Origin: Stegostoma tigrinum
Taxonomy: Eukaryota
Length of the DNA: 64,000 nucleotides
Reading direction: 5' to 3'
Assembly (NCBI RefSeq): GCF_030684315.1
Contig: NC_081392.1
Coordinates: 2,689,387 to 2,753,386, forward strand
This document shows, in pieces, positions 13,640-27,846 of this stretch (positions are counted from its first letter, which is position 1; every line of letters starts with the position of its first letter). The translations under genes were made by a program, and so were the position numbers. The notes beneath the pieces are model-generated. The model searched no databases. It had not been told where the DNA came from and saw only the letters and a program-made list of their open reading frames with translations.

Positions 13640-14630
13640 AACAAAAACAGAAGTTGCTGGAAAAGTTCAGCAGATCTGGCAGCATCTTTGAAGAGAAAGC
13701 AGAGTTAATGTTTCGGGTCCAGTGATCCTTCCTCAGAACTGGTGGTAGCGAGGAGAATGTTGGTTTATACACAGAAGATAGGGTGGGGGAAGCAGGATCA
13801 GGAGTAAACGACAGGTGGGGGTAGGGCCCAAAGAGAGAGTAGGACAGTTGGACAGACAAAAGAGTGGCTAGGAGGGTGAATAGCTGTTACTGGAAACTGT
13901 TAGTAGCTAACATTAGGCAGTGTGTAATGGCAGGCTGTATGATAACAAGGCCTGGTGTTTGGGGCAGGAGGCTAATACATTGGAGAGTTCAGGCCCTAAA
14001 ATTATTGAGTCCGAAGGCCTGCAGAGTCCTCAAGTGCGAAATGAGGTGGTGTTCGTCTTGCTTGCACTGAGCTTCACTGGATGACCGCAGCAAGCCTGAG
14101 ACAGAGATGTTGGCCAGGCAACAGGTTGGTGTGCAAATGTGGCAGGCAACTGAAAATTCAGGGTTTTTCTTTTGCGGACAGAACACAGATGTTCTGTGAT
14201 GCGGTCATTTAGTTTATGCTTTGTTTCCCCAATGTAGAGGAGACCATATTGTGAGCAGCAAATGCAATAGACTATATTGTGAGAAGTGCAGGTAAAGTGC
14301 TGTTTCAACTGGAAGGTTTGCTGAGGAGGGAGGAAGTAAATGGGCAGGTATTACACCTTTGGCAGTTGCAAGAGAAGGTGCTGTGGGGCTGTGAGGGTGT
14401 GTTGGGAGTGGACCAAGGTGTCCTGGAGGGAACAGTCTCTGCAGAAGGTTGTCTATGGAAGGGAGGGGAGGGGAATACGTGTCTAGTGGTGGCATCTCGC
14501 TGGAGGTTCTGAGGTAGGGTCACCAGAAAAGAAACATTAACTCTGATTTTGCTTCATAGATGGTGCCAGACTGCTGAGCTTTTCCAGCAATTTCTGTTTT
14601 TGTTTCAGATTTACAGTATTCACAGTTCTT
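13640..14630 (-). mobile_element. Penelope-like element (subfamily 2), 5'-truncated, GIY-YIG remnant with inverted terminal pLTR
   Basis: FTCTSHNIVYCICCSQYGLLYIGETKHKLNDRITEHLCSV; inverted termini 13641-13740 and 14507-14630. Confidence 0.85.
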
Positions 14631-16660
14631 CCTGTTCACAGGTTTAATCAGTTTTTCTCTAAATTTTGCTCTGTTTCCTTTGCAAGTTATGATTTACCTG
14701 TTTTTGTTTTAGTATGAGGTTCGATTGATCAGATAATCACCGGCCAGACCTCAAGGTGTTTCTTCAAGCAGGACTGTTAACAAAATATACATGCATGCAT
14801 GCACAAACACCTACAACCACCCCGAGACACACAACCACACCCACACCATCCCTGCCTTACGCGGTCCCATTTCGAACCCACTAGCAGGGGCTCTACCATA
14901 GGACCAGTGGGGTCACTGTTATATTATGGCATCCCTCAACAGCTCATTGGCATATAAATGACACCTACCTCTACAGTTTTCCATTTGGGCAGTGCATTCT
15001 AAGCTGGAACAGCTCTGTCCCATCATTCACCGTGATGACGTTTTCAGACTGATGAGTAGGCATTGGAGAGGGTGCAGAAAATATTCACAGGAATGAGTGG
15101 TTTTGAGGATGAAGATCTTCACTTCCATAGTTAGAATGAGTGGGACGACTACACTCTGTTGTAGGGGACACTGTCAGCTGGCTCCTGGTTTTGCAAGGAT
15201 CTTCTTGAGTACCTTTCGAGTTGGGGCCCTTCTTTAGAAAAAAAAGTTATGATTATGATAGGTGAATCATAACTTTTTTCTGAAGAAGGGTCCGGACCTG
15301 AAACGTCAGCTTTCCTGCTCCTCTGATGCTGCTTGGCCTGCTGTGTTCCTCCAGCTCCACACTGTGTTATCTCAGACTCCAGCATCGGCAGTTCTTACTA
15401 TCTCTTCTTTGGACACATTGCAGCCACTACTGTTATTTTATATTTACAGGCCTTACTAGAAATGGTAGTTAAGGACTCACAACTAATATTATCTTCAACA
15501 GAAGAGTCATATACATGAGTAACACTTGAGTTTGATACTTAATGGGAAGATAACAGGTTATCTTAAATTCAGTGGTTCATTACAATAGCACTGGGTAAGA
15601 GACATTGTTATTTCACTTAGTTGATGACAATGTCTTTGCTACATGTATGTTAACTGTTAAACTGACTAGCTTAGAGCTGATCTGGATCTGACCAGTTCCT
15701 CCATCTACATGTCAGTAGGTGGAGCTATTCCTAAAGCTTCTGAGTTAACCCTTTCAGGCCAAATGCCTTTTGCAATGATATCCTTAGAAAAGAGGAGATT
15801 GAGAAGAATTGACAGGTATTCAAAGTCATGAGGATCCTGGACAGAGTAGATAGGGAAAAGTGTTCCCATTGGTGAAAAGATCAAAGCAAGAAGACCAGAT
15901 TGGCAAAAGAATAAACCACCTTCATGAGGGGACATGAGAAAAATACATTTTATGCAGTTGCTGCTAGTATTTGGTTTGAGCTGCCTGAGAGCAAGGGGGA
16001 GACAGAATCAATTGTTGAGGACCTGAAGAGAAAAGATTTGTAGAGTAATGAAGATAAAACCGAGAGTAGGAGTGGGGAATGTTGTCACCATTTTGTGATG
16101 CTACTTTGTGAGCCATTCAGACTCTTCTGTCAGTTATGTTCAGACAGGAAAAAAGACTTTCAACTCCTGTAAATATTGTTTGTGTTCCTATTTGGCATTC
16201 TTATCTCAGTTCTTTTCAAAAGTAAACATCCTCTATTTGATCAGAAATTTGAGAGTTTGAGCCCCGTAGAATGGGTCATGCAGCATTAGGAATGTAATGA
16301 ATTGCCCCAGGCACTGCTGTCTGGATGAGATATTAAACCAAGGCCTGTACGCCCATTTATGGGAGGGTTAAGAATACCCCGGTCGTAGAAGAACAGGTTT
16401 GTTCTTTGTTAATCCAGTGCCACCAAAAATCAGCTGAACAAGTTGCCTTTTGTCGGAACTTGATGTTGCAAAAACTTTCCTATGTAATACTGTCACTGCA
16501 CTGCAAGTTCAAACAATTTATTGCCCATGGAGTGCTTGGCATGGTTATTAAGACACTGTGTAGAAAACCAGGTGTTTACAGTGATTAATGTATTCTGATA
16601 TTATATTAACTGTTGTTATGTTTCATTAAAGGTTAGTACATGATAACGACTCCTAACAAT

Positions 16661-16875
16661 AAGGTGTAGAGCTGGGTGAACACAGCAGGCCAAGCAGCAT
16701 CAGAGGAGCAGGAAAAGTGACGTTTCAGGTCTAGACCCTTCTTCTGAAATTTCAGAAGAAGGTTCTAGACCTGAAACGTCAGTTTTCCTGTTCCTCTGAT
16801 GCTACTTGGCCTGCTGTGTTCATCCAGCTCTACAGCTTGTTGCCTCAGATTCCCCAGCATCAGCAGTTCCTACTA
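16661..16875. mobile_element. PLE-derived palindromic mini-element (subfamily 1)
   Basis: Fold-back centred at ~16749; 12-bp TSD actcctaacaat (16649-16660, 16876-16887). Confidence 0.88.
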
Positions 16876-17473
16876 ACTCCTAACAATGGTTGATTTCCTA
16901 TTCCATCCCTGTTCCCTTCCCTCAGCAGACGTTGGCACCTTGCTTTGGTTCACCTCCCTTTAAAATAAAGCAAAAGCATGTAAGTAGACCATTTGATCTG
17001 TTGGGCCAGCTCTGCCATTCAGTATGATCATGGCTGATTTTGGGTCTCGACCCCATCTTTGCATCCATTCTTGTATCCCTTGATTCCCTGAAAAAGCAAA
17101 ATCTGTCTGTCCCAGCCTTCAGTATGTTCACAATAGAACAGTCATAACACTCTGAGATAGAGAATTCCAAAGATTCACTACCCTTTAAGTGAACAAACTG
17201 CTCTTCATTTCAATTCTAAACAATTGGCTCCTAATCCTGAGACTGTGGCCTCATATTTTCTCTGCCACTCTGAAACCAACATTTAGTTCAGCTACTCTTT
17301 CCCTTTTCATGCACTCGTAAGAACTCATAATCTGTTCTTGTATTCCTGGCTAGTTTTCTCATCTTTCGTTTTTTACCCCTTTTGTCAACTTTCAGGGGGC
17401 CTTTGCTTGTTTCTAAAACACAATTATTAAGCTTTCGACTGGTCTTTGAAACATTAATTCAATACTACCTTAA

Positions 17474-17700
17474 AACAAAGCAGAACTGCAGATGCTGTGA
17501 GTGTAAAACCCGAAAACAGAAAGTGCTGGAGAAACTTAACAAGTCTGGCTATATCTGCAAGAAGAAAAACAGAGCTAACATTTTTGAGACCAGTCGCAAA
17601 AGGTTACTGGACTCAAAATTAACTCGTTTTCTTTTTCCTCTGTCTACAGATGCTGCCAGACATGCCAAGTTTCTCCAGCACTTTCTGTTTTTGTTTCAAA
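17474..17700. mobile_element. PLE-derived palindromic mini-element (subfamily 2); similar copies at ~34927-35175 and ~50448-50668
   Basis: aaacagaaagtgctggagaaact... and its reverse complement ...agtttctccagcactttctgttt. Confidence 0.78.
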
Positions 17701-17799
17701 CTATCATAAACTTCCCATGTAATCCAGTCAGTAAAGGCTGGCCAGGTTAATGCTGAACTGATGTCACCTGTATATCAGGATCGTGTAGGTCCTTTTGTG

Positions 17800-18192
17800 A
17801 TAGAGATCATAGATTCAAGACCAATTCCAGAGTCTTGATCACAATATGAAAGCTAACACTTTGGTGCAATGCAGAGAGAGTGCAGCACGGTCTGCGGTGC
17901 CGTGTTTCCACTTTCAGTTAAACCAAGACTTTGCTTGTCCTTTCGAATGAACGCTATGGCCACTCTTATGTGAAGAAGACTAGGGTATTCTGCCTCTTGA
18001 CCTGAATCAATATCTATTCTTCCATCAGCATCTATAAAATACATTATTGCGTCACTGTTCGTGGAAGTTTGCTACTAGTAAATGAGTTGATGAATTTTCT
18101 ACACGATAGCAGTGACTATACTTCATTGGCTGTCAAAACACTGACATGCTCCAAGAGAGTAATGGTGCTATAGAAGTGCAGGTTTTTCTTTC
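17800..18192 (+). mobile_element. Deu-domain SINE (SacSINE1/AmnSINE-like). Other copies ~11300-11600 (-), 16300-16560, 27060-27300, 48120-48270 (-)
   Basis: gagtgcagcac..ttaaaccaag..gaagaag..cattggctg..gctata..tgca.gt.tttcttt pattern recalled for Deu-SINEs. Confidence 0.55.
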
Positions 18193-21100
18193 ATTATTGG
18201 CTCCTTGTTGAAGTATGGTTCCACCAGAGCTGGTTACCTTCCCAGCAGATTATTATTGATGCAGTGTCCAGGTTATGTTTGCTGTTACCTGTTTGGCAAT
18301 CGAGGGTAAGCATCACAGCAGGGTTTGATCCTTTTCCCAAACTCTTAAACTCACAGGAAAGCCGTTGCTGCTCTGTCAGCCTCCTAGATGAGAATAGTTA
18401 AAACAATGGGGTTAAAATTGGGATCTTCAGGGCAGCATGTTAGCCACATCATGTTAGCTACCTTTTCCTTCTCCTGTGTCGCCATATTGGACCTGTAAAC
18501 TTTAGATTTTGATAAAAGTCATTGTGACCTTGTATCACTACAACACACAAAACTGGATCCAGCTCCCAATATTTTGTCAATTGTCATCACTCGTTGCCTT
18601 GACTGGCCATCATTTAAACATGGCCATACTTAACAGTTAATTCCCTTGCATCACTTCCCACACCAGAAGTAGTCTATGTGGTAGTGATAATGGTTGTCAC
18701 TCTGTTTTTGATGCTATTCCGCCCCCAAACCACTTCCGAAATCTTTAACTATCATTGTTTCCTGAATCTGTGCCTTTGTTTTGCAAAACTTCATGTTTGC
18801 ATCTTTGGTTGGCTCTCCCTGCTAGAACCCTAAAATGGCTAGAATAAAAGTCACTTGAATAGAATGCTCTGTGATTGTGGCACATTACATCCCTTCACTT
18901 CCTCCTCTCTGCAGCTGTTGAAATGGTTGAAAACCTTGTCCTCCTCTGATGCTGCTTCTCTTGCTTCATGACCATGCTGTAATCTTTGGCTCTACTTTTA
19001 GTTCTGGGTTATTCCCAAGCTGTGAACAGGTTGAAAAGGGAACAAGTTGAGGGGGGAGAAGGACTGAGCTGAAAAGAAATTGAGAAAGGAGCGAGTTCGT
19101 TGCTTCTCATTAGGCAGTTTCCATGAGAACCGTTGACTCCAGTGTGCAGCCTTTATCAGGGCTGTTGCTTAGCTTATCAGTGATGGAGCAGGTATTGGGC
19201 CAGATTTTATGAGTAGTGGCAGTCATAGTCAGATTGCTGCTCTCCCACTTTTTCACATTAAGCAAGACCTCTGCATTTGTAGGAGAATGTTCTGATCGTG
19301 GATGTGCAGAATGTATCTTAAATCCAATTGTGTATGTCCTTATAGTGCAGGATGGTCGGGGTGGACAAATTGTACCCTCATTTACACGGTGTTAATTGCT
19401 ATATTCTGTGATTTAAATGTCCAGCAACACAACCAGCTATTTTGACAGTACCTGTGAAAAGTGAAGGAAGTATTTTATGTTAAGGTTAGGGTGTCAGATA
19501 GGTAGGGTGCAAGGGAGCAAGGTGGGAAGATGACTAGGAGAGTGATTGAATGGCTAAGCTATGTCAGGTAGAAAGGAGGGGAGGTTTCAGGACTTAGGAC
19601 CCCAATGGAGAGGTGTTCCTAGGTTCTGGGATATTGTGGGGAATCATCTTGTGGCAAGTGAGGTGGAAATGTTGGGGTGCGGGTTATTTTAGGTCCAATG
19701 GATGTCAGGTCTGACAGCATGAGAGGTGGGATATCATGTCTAGCCTAGTCATGGGCTAGAAGGGATATTGGGTTCTGCAGAGGAAGAGCATATCAAATGC
19801 AGTGGTGGGGAAATATGGTGTGCAGTCATGTCCTGGGGAGAAGGTAGGTGTCAAGTCCGAGAGTGGGCAGGAAGGTGTAAGAATTCTGGGAGTGGTGTAG
19901 TTTGGTGTGTAGTAAGTTGGGTGGTGAATTTAATGATTGCCCAGGAGTTAGACAAATAAAAACCCAGTCGAATGCTTCCTGGGTAACTATTTATTTTAGA
20001 GAACTCTCTGATGTCTTCAGTTTAAATGTAAGCTTGTGAAGGATTCCAGGTGTGAGGGGATTACCCAGTGGAATGTTCAGTTTACCAGGCAGTTTGTCTC
20101 AGGGTCTGCTACAGTATTAGTTTGGCAGGATTCATACATGAAACTCCTACCAATGCCTCGGAAATGGCAATCTATCCATTGGAAATCTGGGCCATTATTA
20201 TTGAGCATACAGTTGATGATTGCCTGATATTTGTGCATGGTGATCAGTAGCAGGAGCCTTGTCTGACTTTTCACTTCCTAATGATGTGCTATAGACCATG
20301 TGGTTACTGTGCACTTACTCCACTTTATCCAAGAGATCTATTGCATTCATATAGGTTGGGGATTCAACCAGAGAACTTGATGCTCTGCATAGCAACATCC
20401 ATTCAGAAATGCTGGGAGCTGGAAATAAATTTCTTTTTGAGGGAAGCATCACATTGAATGTAAGGTGCGGGGAGAAGCTATTAAGTTACTTCTCCATCTC
20501 TTTCTGTTCTCTGACCGAGAGTACAATAACACCTACCAGGCTTAGGGCAAGGAGGAAGGTTCCAAATCAACACCATCAGAAAAAGGATTGAACCTTGTGC
20601 TTTTGGCACGAAACCTGTCCACACCGGTTGTCTCACCAGTTGAGTCCAAGTTGCCATGTCATCATACACTTGTACATGCAGGTTGTAGCCTGGACCCTTG
20701 GATAGTAATGAAAGAGGATTCCAATTTATTTTTGTTACATGGATGACCAGTAATCTCTCCATCTCTGAACACCTGCTATCAGAAAGATTTGTAGGTCAAT
20801 ATCCAATGCGCTGTGTATGCACTTTCCTGAATTGTCAAATCTGTGAACTGGCTCTCAGACAGGTGAAATACCGATTGAAATAGGATGTGGTGGTAATATC
20901 ACTGGATTAGCAATCCAGAATGGCAGAGTGATGTTTGGATACAAGTTTGAATCTCACCGTGTCAGATGGTAGAATTTGGATTCACTAAAAAAAATCTACA
21001 TGTGACTCGGCTCCACGGCATCATGGTTGACTCTTAACTGCCCTCTGGCAATTAGGGATGGGCAATAAATGCTGGCCTAACAAATAGTACCCAAGTCCCA

Positions 21101-21999
21101 AGAATAAATAAAACAAGAACCAAACGATCTCCTCAGGATAGGCTAATGCCAACTGCTAAAACTTGGAGTTAGTCAATTCAAGAAGGAACTGAAAAACCTG
21201 CCATTTTAAATGATTAAAGAGGTGTGAAGAGGTTTCATAGTACAGTGGGTAGAGACCCTAACAGAAACTGTGCATTTAAATACTTCTCTAGGACATGATG
21301 TCCAAGGAAGATGCATTCATAATGTGGCTAAACAGGTTAAAGATCAACTTATAAATTCTTCCAGCACATGGAAATGGCAGGTGGTAAAGTAGGAAAAATT
21401 CCTGGTCAGCTATGGGATTGTTAGAACAGTGAAACCTCCTTCTGTTACTGTTCACAAGTTCAGGTTATGACCCATGCCTGAGAAAGTGGGCTCCCTGTGT
21501 GAAGTGTACCAGATCAGAGGGATACAGAGACAGGAAGTTGGACTGAGGCTAAACTATGAGTTGAATGAATTAGTCTATCTTTCTCTCCAAACAGCAAATA
21601 ACCTTCAAAAATACACACAATATTTCATTGGCTGCAAAGTGCTTTGACTCATCTCAAAATCACGGCGGGTGCTACTGAAAGGCAAATTTGTACTTTATTT
21701 TAAAAAAGTTCACCTAACAGGAGAATTACTAAATCATCGCTGCTGACTGATAATTAGAGAGGGAAGTTTGAACTTGAGGGGAAAAGATTGAGCCCTGTTA
21801 CTTCACAATATTTATATGTGAAGCTAAACTAGCAACGGTACATATTGAATAAATAGCAATAATTCCCCCATTTGTTCCTTGTTTGTTTATCTGAATCTGT
21901 CATCATTCATAAACTAAGGATGCAATTTATAAATAACCCCCAGGTTCCAGATACTATCAAAACACTTTTAGTTTTAGTTCCTCATTAATGATCGAACCT

Positions 22000-22750
22000 C
22001 AGTGTACAGTCAAATTTCAAACTTGTGGATGACAAGAAACTTGGAAGGATTGTAAACTATGAGAAGGATAGCGTACAACTGAAAAAGACAAGCAGCAGTT
22101 GAAGTATGATGCGATGAAATATGAAGAGAAAAGATAAAATACAGAGTGACAAAACAAAATAAAGGTTTCAATACTAAAGAGTCTGCAAGAGCAAAGGGAC
22201 TTGGGTGTAATCACGGTGGAATGTCTGGGTAAAGTGTATAGGGAGAAACTGTTCCCATTGTTGGAAGGATCGAGAACCAGAGAGCATAGATTTAAGGTAA
22301 TTGGCAAAAGACGTAATGAAACATGAGGTGAATTTTTTCACGCAGCAAGTGGTTAGCATCTGGAATGCATTGCCTAAGAATGAGATGTAAGTTCAGTTGA
22401 AACATTTGTAGAGTTGTACAGTGATACAACATAGAAACAGACAGTTCAATTCATTCATGTCGACCAAATTTACCAAACGAAAGTAGTCCCGTTTGTCTGC
22501 ATTTGGCCCATATCCATCTAAACCTTTCCTATTCATGTACCTTTCCTTTTAAATGTTGTAACTGTACTTGCATTCTCCACTTCCTCTATGAGTTCATGCC
22601 ACATGTGAACCAGTTGGATCAATCTCTGAAAAGGAAAAATCTGCAGGGCTTTGGGGAAAAGGCAGTGAAGTGGCCTTTATTAGGTGAATTGTTGCTTCAG
22701 AGGGTCAGCACAAATGTTACGGGTCGAATCCCTCTTTCTGTACTGTAATC
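22000..22750 (+). mobile_element. Decayed CR1 3' fragment with a nested antisense CR1 tail (~22400-22610)
   Basis: Similar to the 3' half of the CR1 at 178-1361. Confidence 0.65.
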
Positions 22751-23576
22751 ATGTTGAAATTTCATGATTCATTATAACTTTGCTGCACTGATCCATTTCC
22801 TGACATTAAGTGCTGGATTGTGAATCGGGGGGCAGGGACCAGAAATGCTATCTACCTTGGGATTCCCAAGTCTACACAGCAAGCTTTAGGCATCTTCAAT
22901 GAAATTTTGAATATTGCATAAAAACCAAAAGAACTGTGGATGCTGTAAATCAGAAACAAAAACAAAGTGGCTGGAAAAGCTCAGCAGGTCTGGCAGCATC
23001 TGTGAAGGAGAAAACAGAGTTAACGTTTCGGGTCCAGTGACCCTTCCTCAGAAATCAGTGAATACTGCAACCAATTTAAAACCAAGGAAGGTCAGACCAT
23101 CCATCTGCTCAGGGCTGGTGGGAGGGGACTGCTCCCACCCCAAGAGAATCAATAGGAGGGCCTAGGTCACTGAGAGATTGGCTGCCAAGACTACAAGGGA
23201 CTTAGAGCCACTCTAATTGACAACGTTTTGGGATTGTGGCTGGGAACTAGCTTCCAAGCCAAAACTGACACATTTAAAAATCCAGCTGAAGGCCTGCTCA
23301 GCTGTCATCAATGTGCTGCCTTGGATTCCTGACCCTGAAGACTTTGCACTAAAAATTATCTTCCTTGAGTTTGTATCCCTTTTTCTTCAGCAGACCAACA
23401 TTCACTGTTTTGCTCAGCTATTTCAGCAGCTAGTTAAAAGTCAACCACATTGCTGTGTGTCTGGAGTCAAATTTATGCCAGACTAGGTAAGGATTTCCCT
23501 TCCTAAAGGGCATGAATGAACCAGATAGAATCATCTGTAGATGTTGTTACTGAAACCAGTTTTCAATTCCAGACAT

Positions 23577-23749
23577 GAGGTAATGGGGACTGCAGATGCT
23601 GGAGAATCCAAGATAACAAAGTGTGAAGCTGGATGAACACAGCAGGCCAAGCAGCATCTCAGGAGCACAAAAGCTGACGTTTCGGGCCTAGACCCTTCAT
23701 CCTGAAGAGCTTGGCCTGCTGCATTCATCCAGCTTCACACTTTGTTATC
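23577..23749. mobile_element. PLE-derived palindromic mini-element with an internally deleted arm
   Basis: 15-bp TSD ttcaattccagacat (23562-23576, 23750-23764). Confidence 0.88.
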
Positions 23750-24929
23750 TTCAATTCCAGACATTTTGTTTCATCTACTAATTGGATTGCTACAATGGGA
23801 TTTGACACCGTTTCCCCTGAACCTCTGGATTACTAATCCAGTTATATTACCACCATGCCACCCCCTTCCTGTAATCTCTAAGTCTCATGTGCCCTGAGCA
23901 TATAATTTTAATGGTCTTAATAAGGAACCTGTGCAAGATTCTTAGCCTAACCTTTTCAAGGCAACAACCTCCAAAATCTTACAGAAGCAAATGTAGCAGA
24001 TGCATGGGAGCACCACTATTTCAAAGTTCCTGTCCCAAGTAATACATTATTGCAACTCGGAAATACATTACTGTTCCTTCTCCATTGTTGGGTTAGGATC
24101 CTGGAGCTCACTACCTAACTTATATTGCACTCCCATGTAGCAACATGTGCAAAGATGCATCACAGGGAAATCCTCAATCAAATTTTAAAACTGGGCCACA
24201 TGACAAGATAGTAAGAGAAGTGAAATTTTTTATTTTATCATTTCATGAGCTTTACTCTAGTAATTAGAATACAAACATTTCAAACTGTCTGTTTCTCTCT
24301 CTCACCATTGCCAGGGTGGAGTTGGTCACTAATGAACAGAGTTTACCATGCACACTGCAGACAGTGGCTTTGGTCCTTCCAGTAGAAAATGAAGGAAACT
24401 TTTGTTGGATGTTGGACAAGCTATTTGAGAGATAATCAGTTAGAACTAATTGTCATTAATGACGCATTAATGGATAATGTCTCTGCGGGTAAGAATGTAA
24501 ATGTGGAATAGGAGGGGACCAAGGATGTTGGAACCAAAGCTGTGCTGAGTTCAGAGATTATACTGGGGTCAGAAGCTGAATGGGTTTATCAAAGTCCAGT
24601 TGAGCACGAGTCAGCAGGTTATTGTAAAGCATGCGCTGCTTGACAGCACTGTTGATTGGCCCTTCCATCACTTTTCTAACCATAAACTTACTTTGGCAAT
24701 ACTCCATATTGTCAAGTGGATGCCAGTGTTGTAGATGTGCTAGAACGGCTTGGCTCGGGCATAGTAAATTCTGGAGTGCTTGTTTTCAGTACAATTGCCA
24801 GAATGCTATCAAGGACCATACCCAGTGCAGAATCCCATGATTTCACCCATTTTGTGGTATAATGTGGAGTAAATCAAATTGTCTGAAAACCAGCATCTGT
24901 GATTTTGGGAATCTCCAGAGGTGGCTAAA

Positions 24930-25460
24930 TTTTTTTTTATTCATTCATGGGATGTAGGCTTAGCTGGCTTTTATTGCCCATCCCTAGTTATCCTTGAGAA
25001 GGTGGTGGCGAGCTGCTTTCTTGGATTGCTGCAGTCTATGTGCTGTAGGTTGACCCGCAGTGCCATTAGGGAGAGGATTCCAGGATTCCACATGACCCAG
25101 TGACAGTGAAGGAACGGCAATATATTTCCAAGTCAGTGTGATGATTGGCTTGGAGGGGAACTTGCAGAGGGTGGTTTTCCAAGTATCTGCTGACCTTGTT
25201 GTTGTAGATGGAAGTGGTCGTGGGTATCCAACATGCTGTTTGAGGATCTTTGGTGAATTTCTGCAATGTATCTTGGAGATGGTACACACTGCTATGACTG
25301 AGCTTTGTAATGGAGGGAGTGGTTGTCTGTAAATGTGGTGCCAGTCAAGTTGGCTGCCTTGTCCTAGATGGTGTCGAGCTTCTTGCATGTTTTTGGAGCT
25401 GGACTCGCCCAAGTAAGTGGGGAGTATTCCATCACACTCCTATCTTGGGCCTTGTAAATG
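24930..25460 (-). mobile_element. 3' end of a second LINE family (CR1/L2 clade); related pieces at ~1760-2050 (+), ~2370-2700 (-), ~36430-37100 (+), ~41730-41980 (+)
   Basis: WKYIAVPS..SWNPLPN motif and a shared gggatgggcaataaa...catcccatgaatgaataaaa tail. Confidence 0.65.
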
Positions 25461-26033
25461 GATTATCCACTCAACATTTCTGACTAAAAATGTTTGCAGA
25501 TGCTTAAAATTAACTTTGAACCAACAGCAATGTAGTTGATTCTTAAATGGCCTAGCAAAGCGAATCAGTTGTAGATGGCTCTCCACCCTGATCAAGGCCA
25601 GTTAGGGATAGATAATAACTGGCCTTTGCCAGCAGTTCTTATGTCCAAATAACAACTTACAAAAAATGAAATAAGCATCAGGCAAAATTTGACAAAGAAC
25701 CACCTCAATAATATTGGTGCAGGCAACATAAGAGCTCAATTTTAAGAAGCATCTTAAGGAGGCTATGTATGGTAATTGAAATGTTTGTGATTGGAATTTC
25801 AGAGCTCAGGGCCACAAATGGCAAGTTGATGGAAATCAGGATGCTGAAGTAGCCAACGTTGTGTCTGCAGAGCTTTCAGAGGATTGCCTGCAGGCCTGTA
25901 GGTTTTACTGAGCTAGGAAGGTCTAGGAGAGTTTTCAACAGAGGTTGAGAACTTAGTTGAATATGAATGCCATGTCCCACAACAGCACGTTTACTCGGCC
26001 AACCTGCATTACAACCATCATAGCTCTGGAAAT

Positions 26034-26876
26034 ATAACAAAGTGTGGACCTGGATGAACACAGCAGGCCAAGCAGCAACTTAGGAGCAGGAAAGCTGATG
26101 TTTTGGGCCTAGACCCTTCATCAGAAATTTGGGCTGTGGGGGTTGGAGTGGTGAAGAGGGTTCTGAAATAAATAGGGAGAGAGGGGGAGGTGGATCGAAG
26201 ATGGATAGAGGATAAGATAGGTGGAGAGGAGACAGACAAGTTAAAGAGACAGGGTTGGAGTCAGCAAAGGTGAGTGTAGGGGGGAGGTAGGGAGGAAATG
26301 GGTCCATCCAGGGAGGAAGGACAGGTCAAGGGGGTGGGATGAGGTTAGTAGGTAGGAAGTGGGGGTGCGGCTTGACGTGGGAGGAGGGATAGGTGAGAGG
26401 AAGAACAGGTTAGGGAGGCAGGGACGAGCTTGGCTGGTTTTGGGATGCAGTTAGGGGAGGGGAGATTTTGAAACTTGTGAAGTCCACATTGATGCCATTG
26501 GACTGCAGGGTTCCCCAGCGGAATATGAGTCAACCCTCAGGTGGCATTGTTGTGACACTGCAGGAGGCCCAGGATGGACGTGTCATCTGAGGAATGGGAA
26601 GGGGAGTTGAAATGTTTCGCGACTGGGAGGTGCAGCTGTTTATTGCAAACCAAGTGAAGGTATTTTGCAAAGCAGTCCCCAAGCTTCCGCTTGGTTTCCC
26701 TGATGTAGAGGACGCCACAACAGGTACAGCAGATGCAGTATGCCGCCCACTTGCTGGAATGTGCAGGTGAACCTCTGCTTGATGTGGAAAGTCTTCTTGA
26801 GGCCTGGGATGGGGGTGAGAGAGGAGGTGTGAGGGCAGGTCTAGCACTTCCTGCGGTTGCAGGGAAGAGTGCTGGC
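26034..26876 (-). mobile_element. Penelope-like element (subfamily 1), 5'-truncated, GIY-YIG remnant plus pLTR
   Basis: YCICCTCCGVLYIRETKRKLGDCFAKYL..PVAKHFNSPSHS; TSD agctctggaaat/agctttggaaat (26022-26033, 26877-26888). Confidence 0.88.
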
Positions 26877-27846
26877 AGCTTTGGAAATGATTTGTTGTGT
26901 GAATGTGTGAGGTGATATTTACAAGATGAAACCAAAACCATGTCTGCCCTCAAAAACAGAAATTGCTGGAGAACCCCAGTAGTTCTGGCAATATCTGGGG
27001 AGAGAAAGCAGAGTTAACATTTTGATTCCAATGACCCTTCTTCAAATCTGCTGTAAGAGCTGGGTATGAAAATTCCGTGGCACGATTTTGAAAAAGAGCA
27101 TGGAGTTCTCACTGGTCATCTGGCCAATATTTTAATCCGTCTCTAAAACGGGTTATCGGTTGTTAACATGGCTTTTGTAGGAGTTTGTTATGTACAAGGT
27201 GAGTGCTGTGTTTTATAACAGTGACCACACTTAAAATATTTCACTGGGTGTGAAACAATTTGGGACATTGAGATTGTAAAAGTATGTCTTTTGCTTTTCT
27301 TTGAATGTTATAGCAGTACGATCTCAACCATTTGAATGCAAAAATCTGCTGCAAATCCTATGTAAGTGTTCTTATTCACTGAAAGGACATTTTATTGCAG
27401 AGAGATAGCCAAGATAGTTTTGTGATACATGGCAAAAACTTGATTTTCTTTAATTGGCTGCAAATTGCTTTGGGATATCCTGAGAAAGCGAAAGGTACCA
27501 TATAAATGCCAATCTACTCTTTGTTAACCAGGGTTTATTGCTGCCAAAGCAGACACTGTAGTATCACCAACAGCTCTGCATGATACCTTCCATTTGATCA
27601 CACTGCCCTTGGGGCAACTACTGATGTCTGTACAAACTGATAATTTCACAATGCAGACATCGTACAACCTTGAATCCCCACATCTTTACAGTTAATTTTG
27701 CAGTCAACTCCTTCTCATCTGCCCAATCTAGCTGGCCTCTTATGTAAATTGGAATATTGAACATCCAGAACTTCAATGATTTGAGGAACAGGCGCCAGCA
27801 GGGTCTGCAAATCAAGTCTGCAGACCTATTTTTGTTAGCCACAGTT

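Noticed and set aside
27690-27830. Possible next ZSWIM exon downstream of the orphan exon
   Set aside because: The two frames I translated do not resemble the expected LPVLE..RYPRWF..QQCELAS sequence, and the acceptor is poor.
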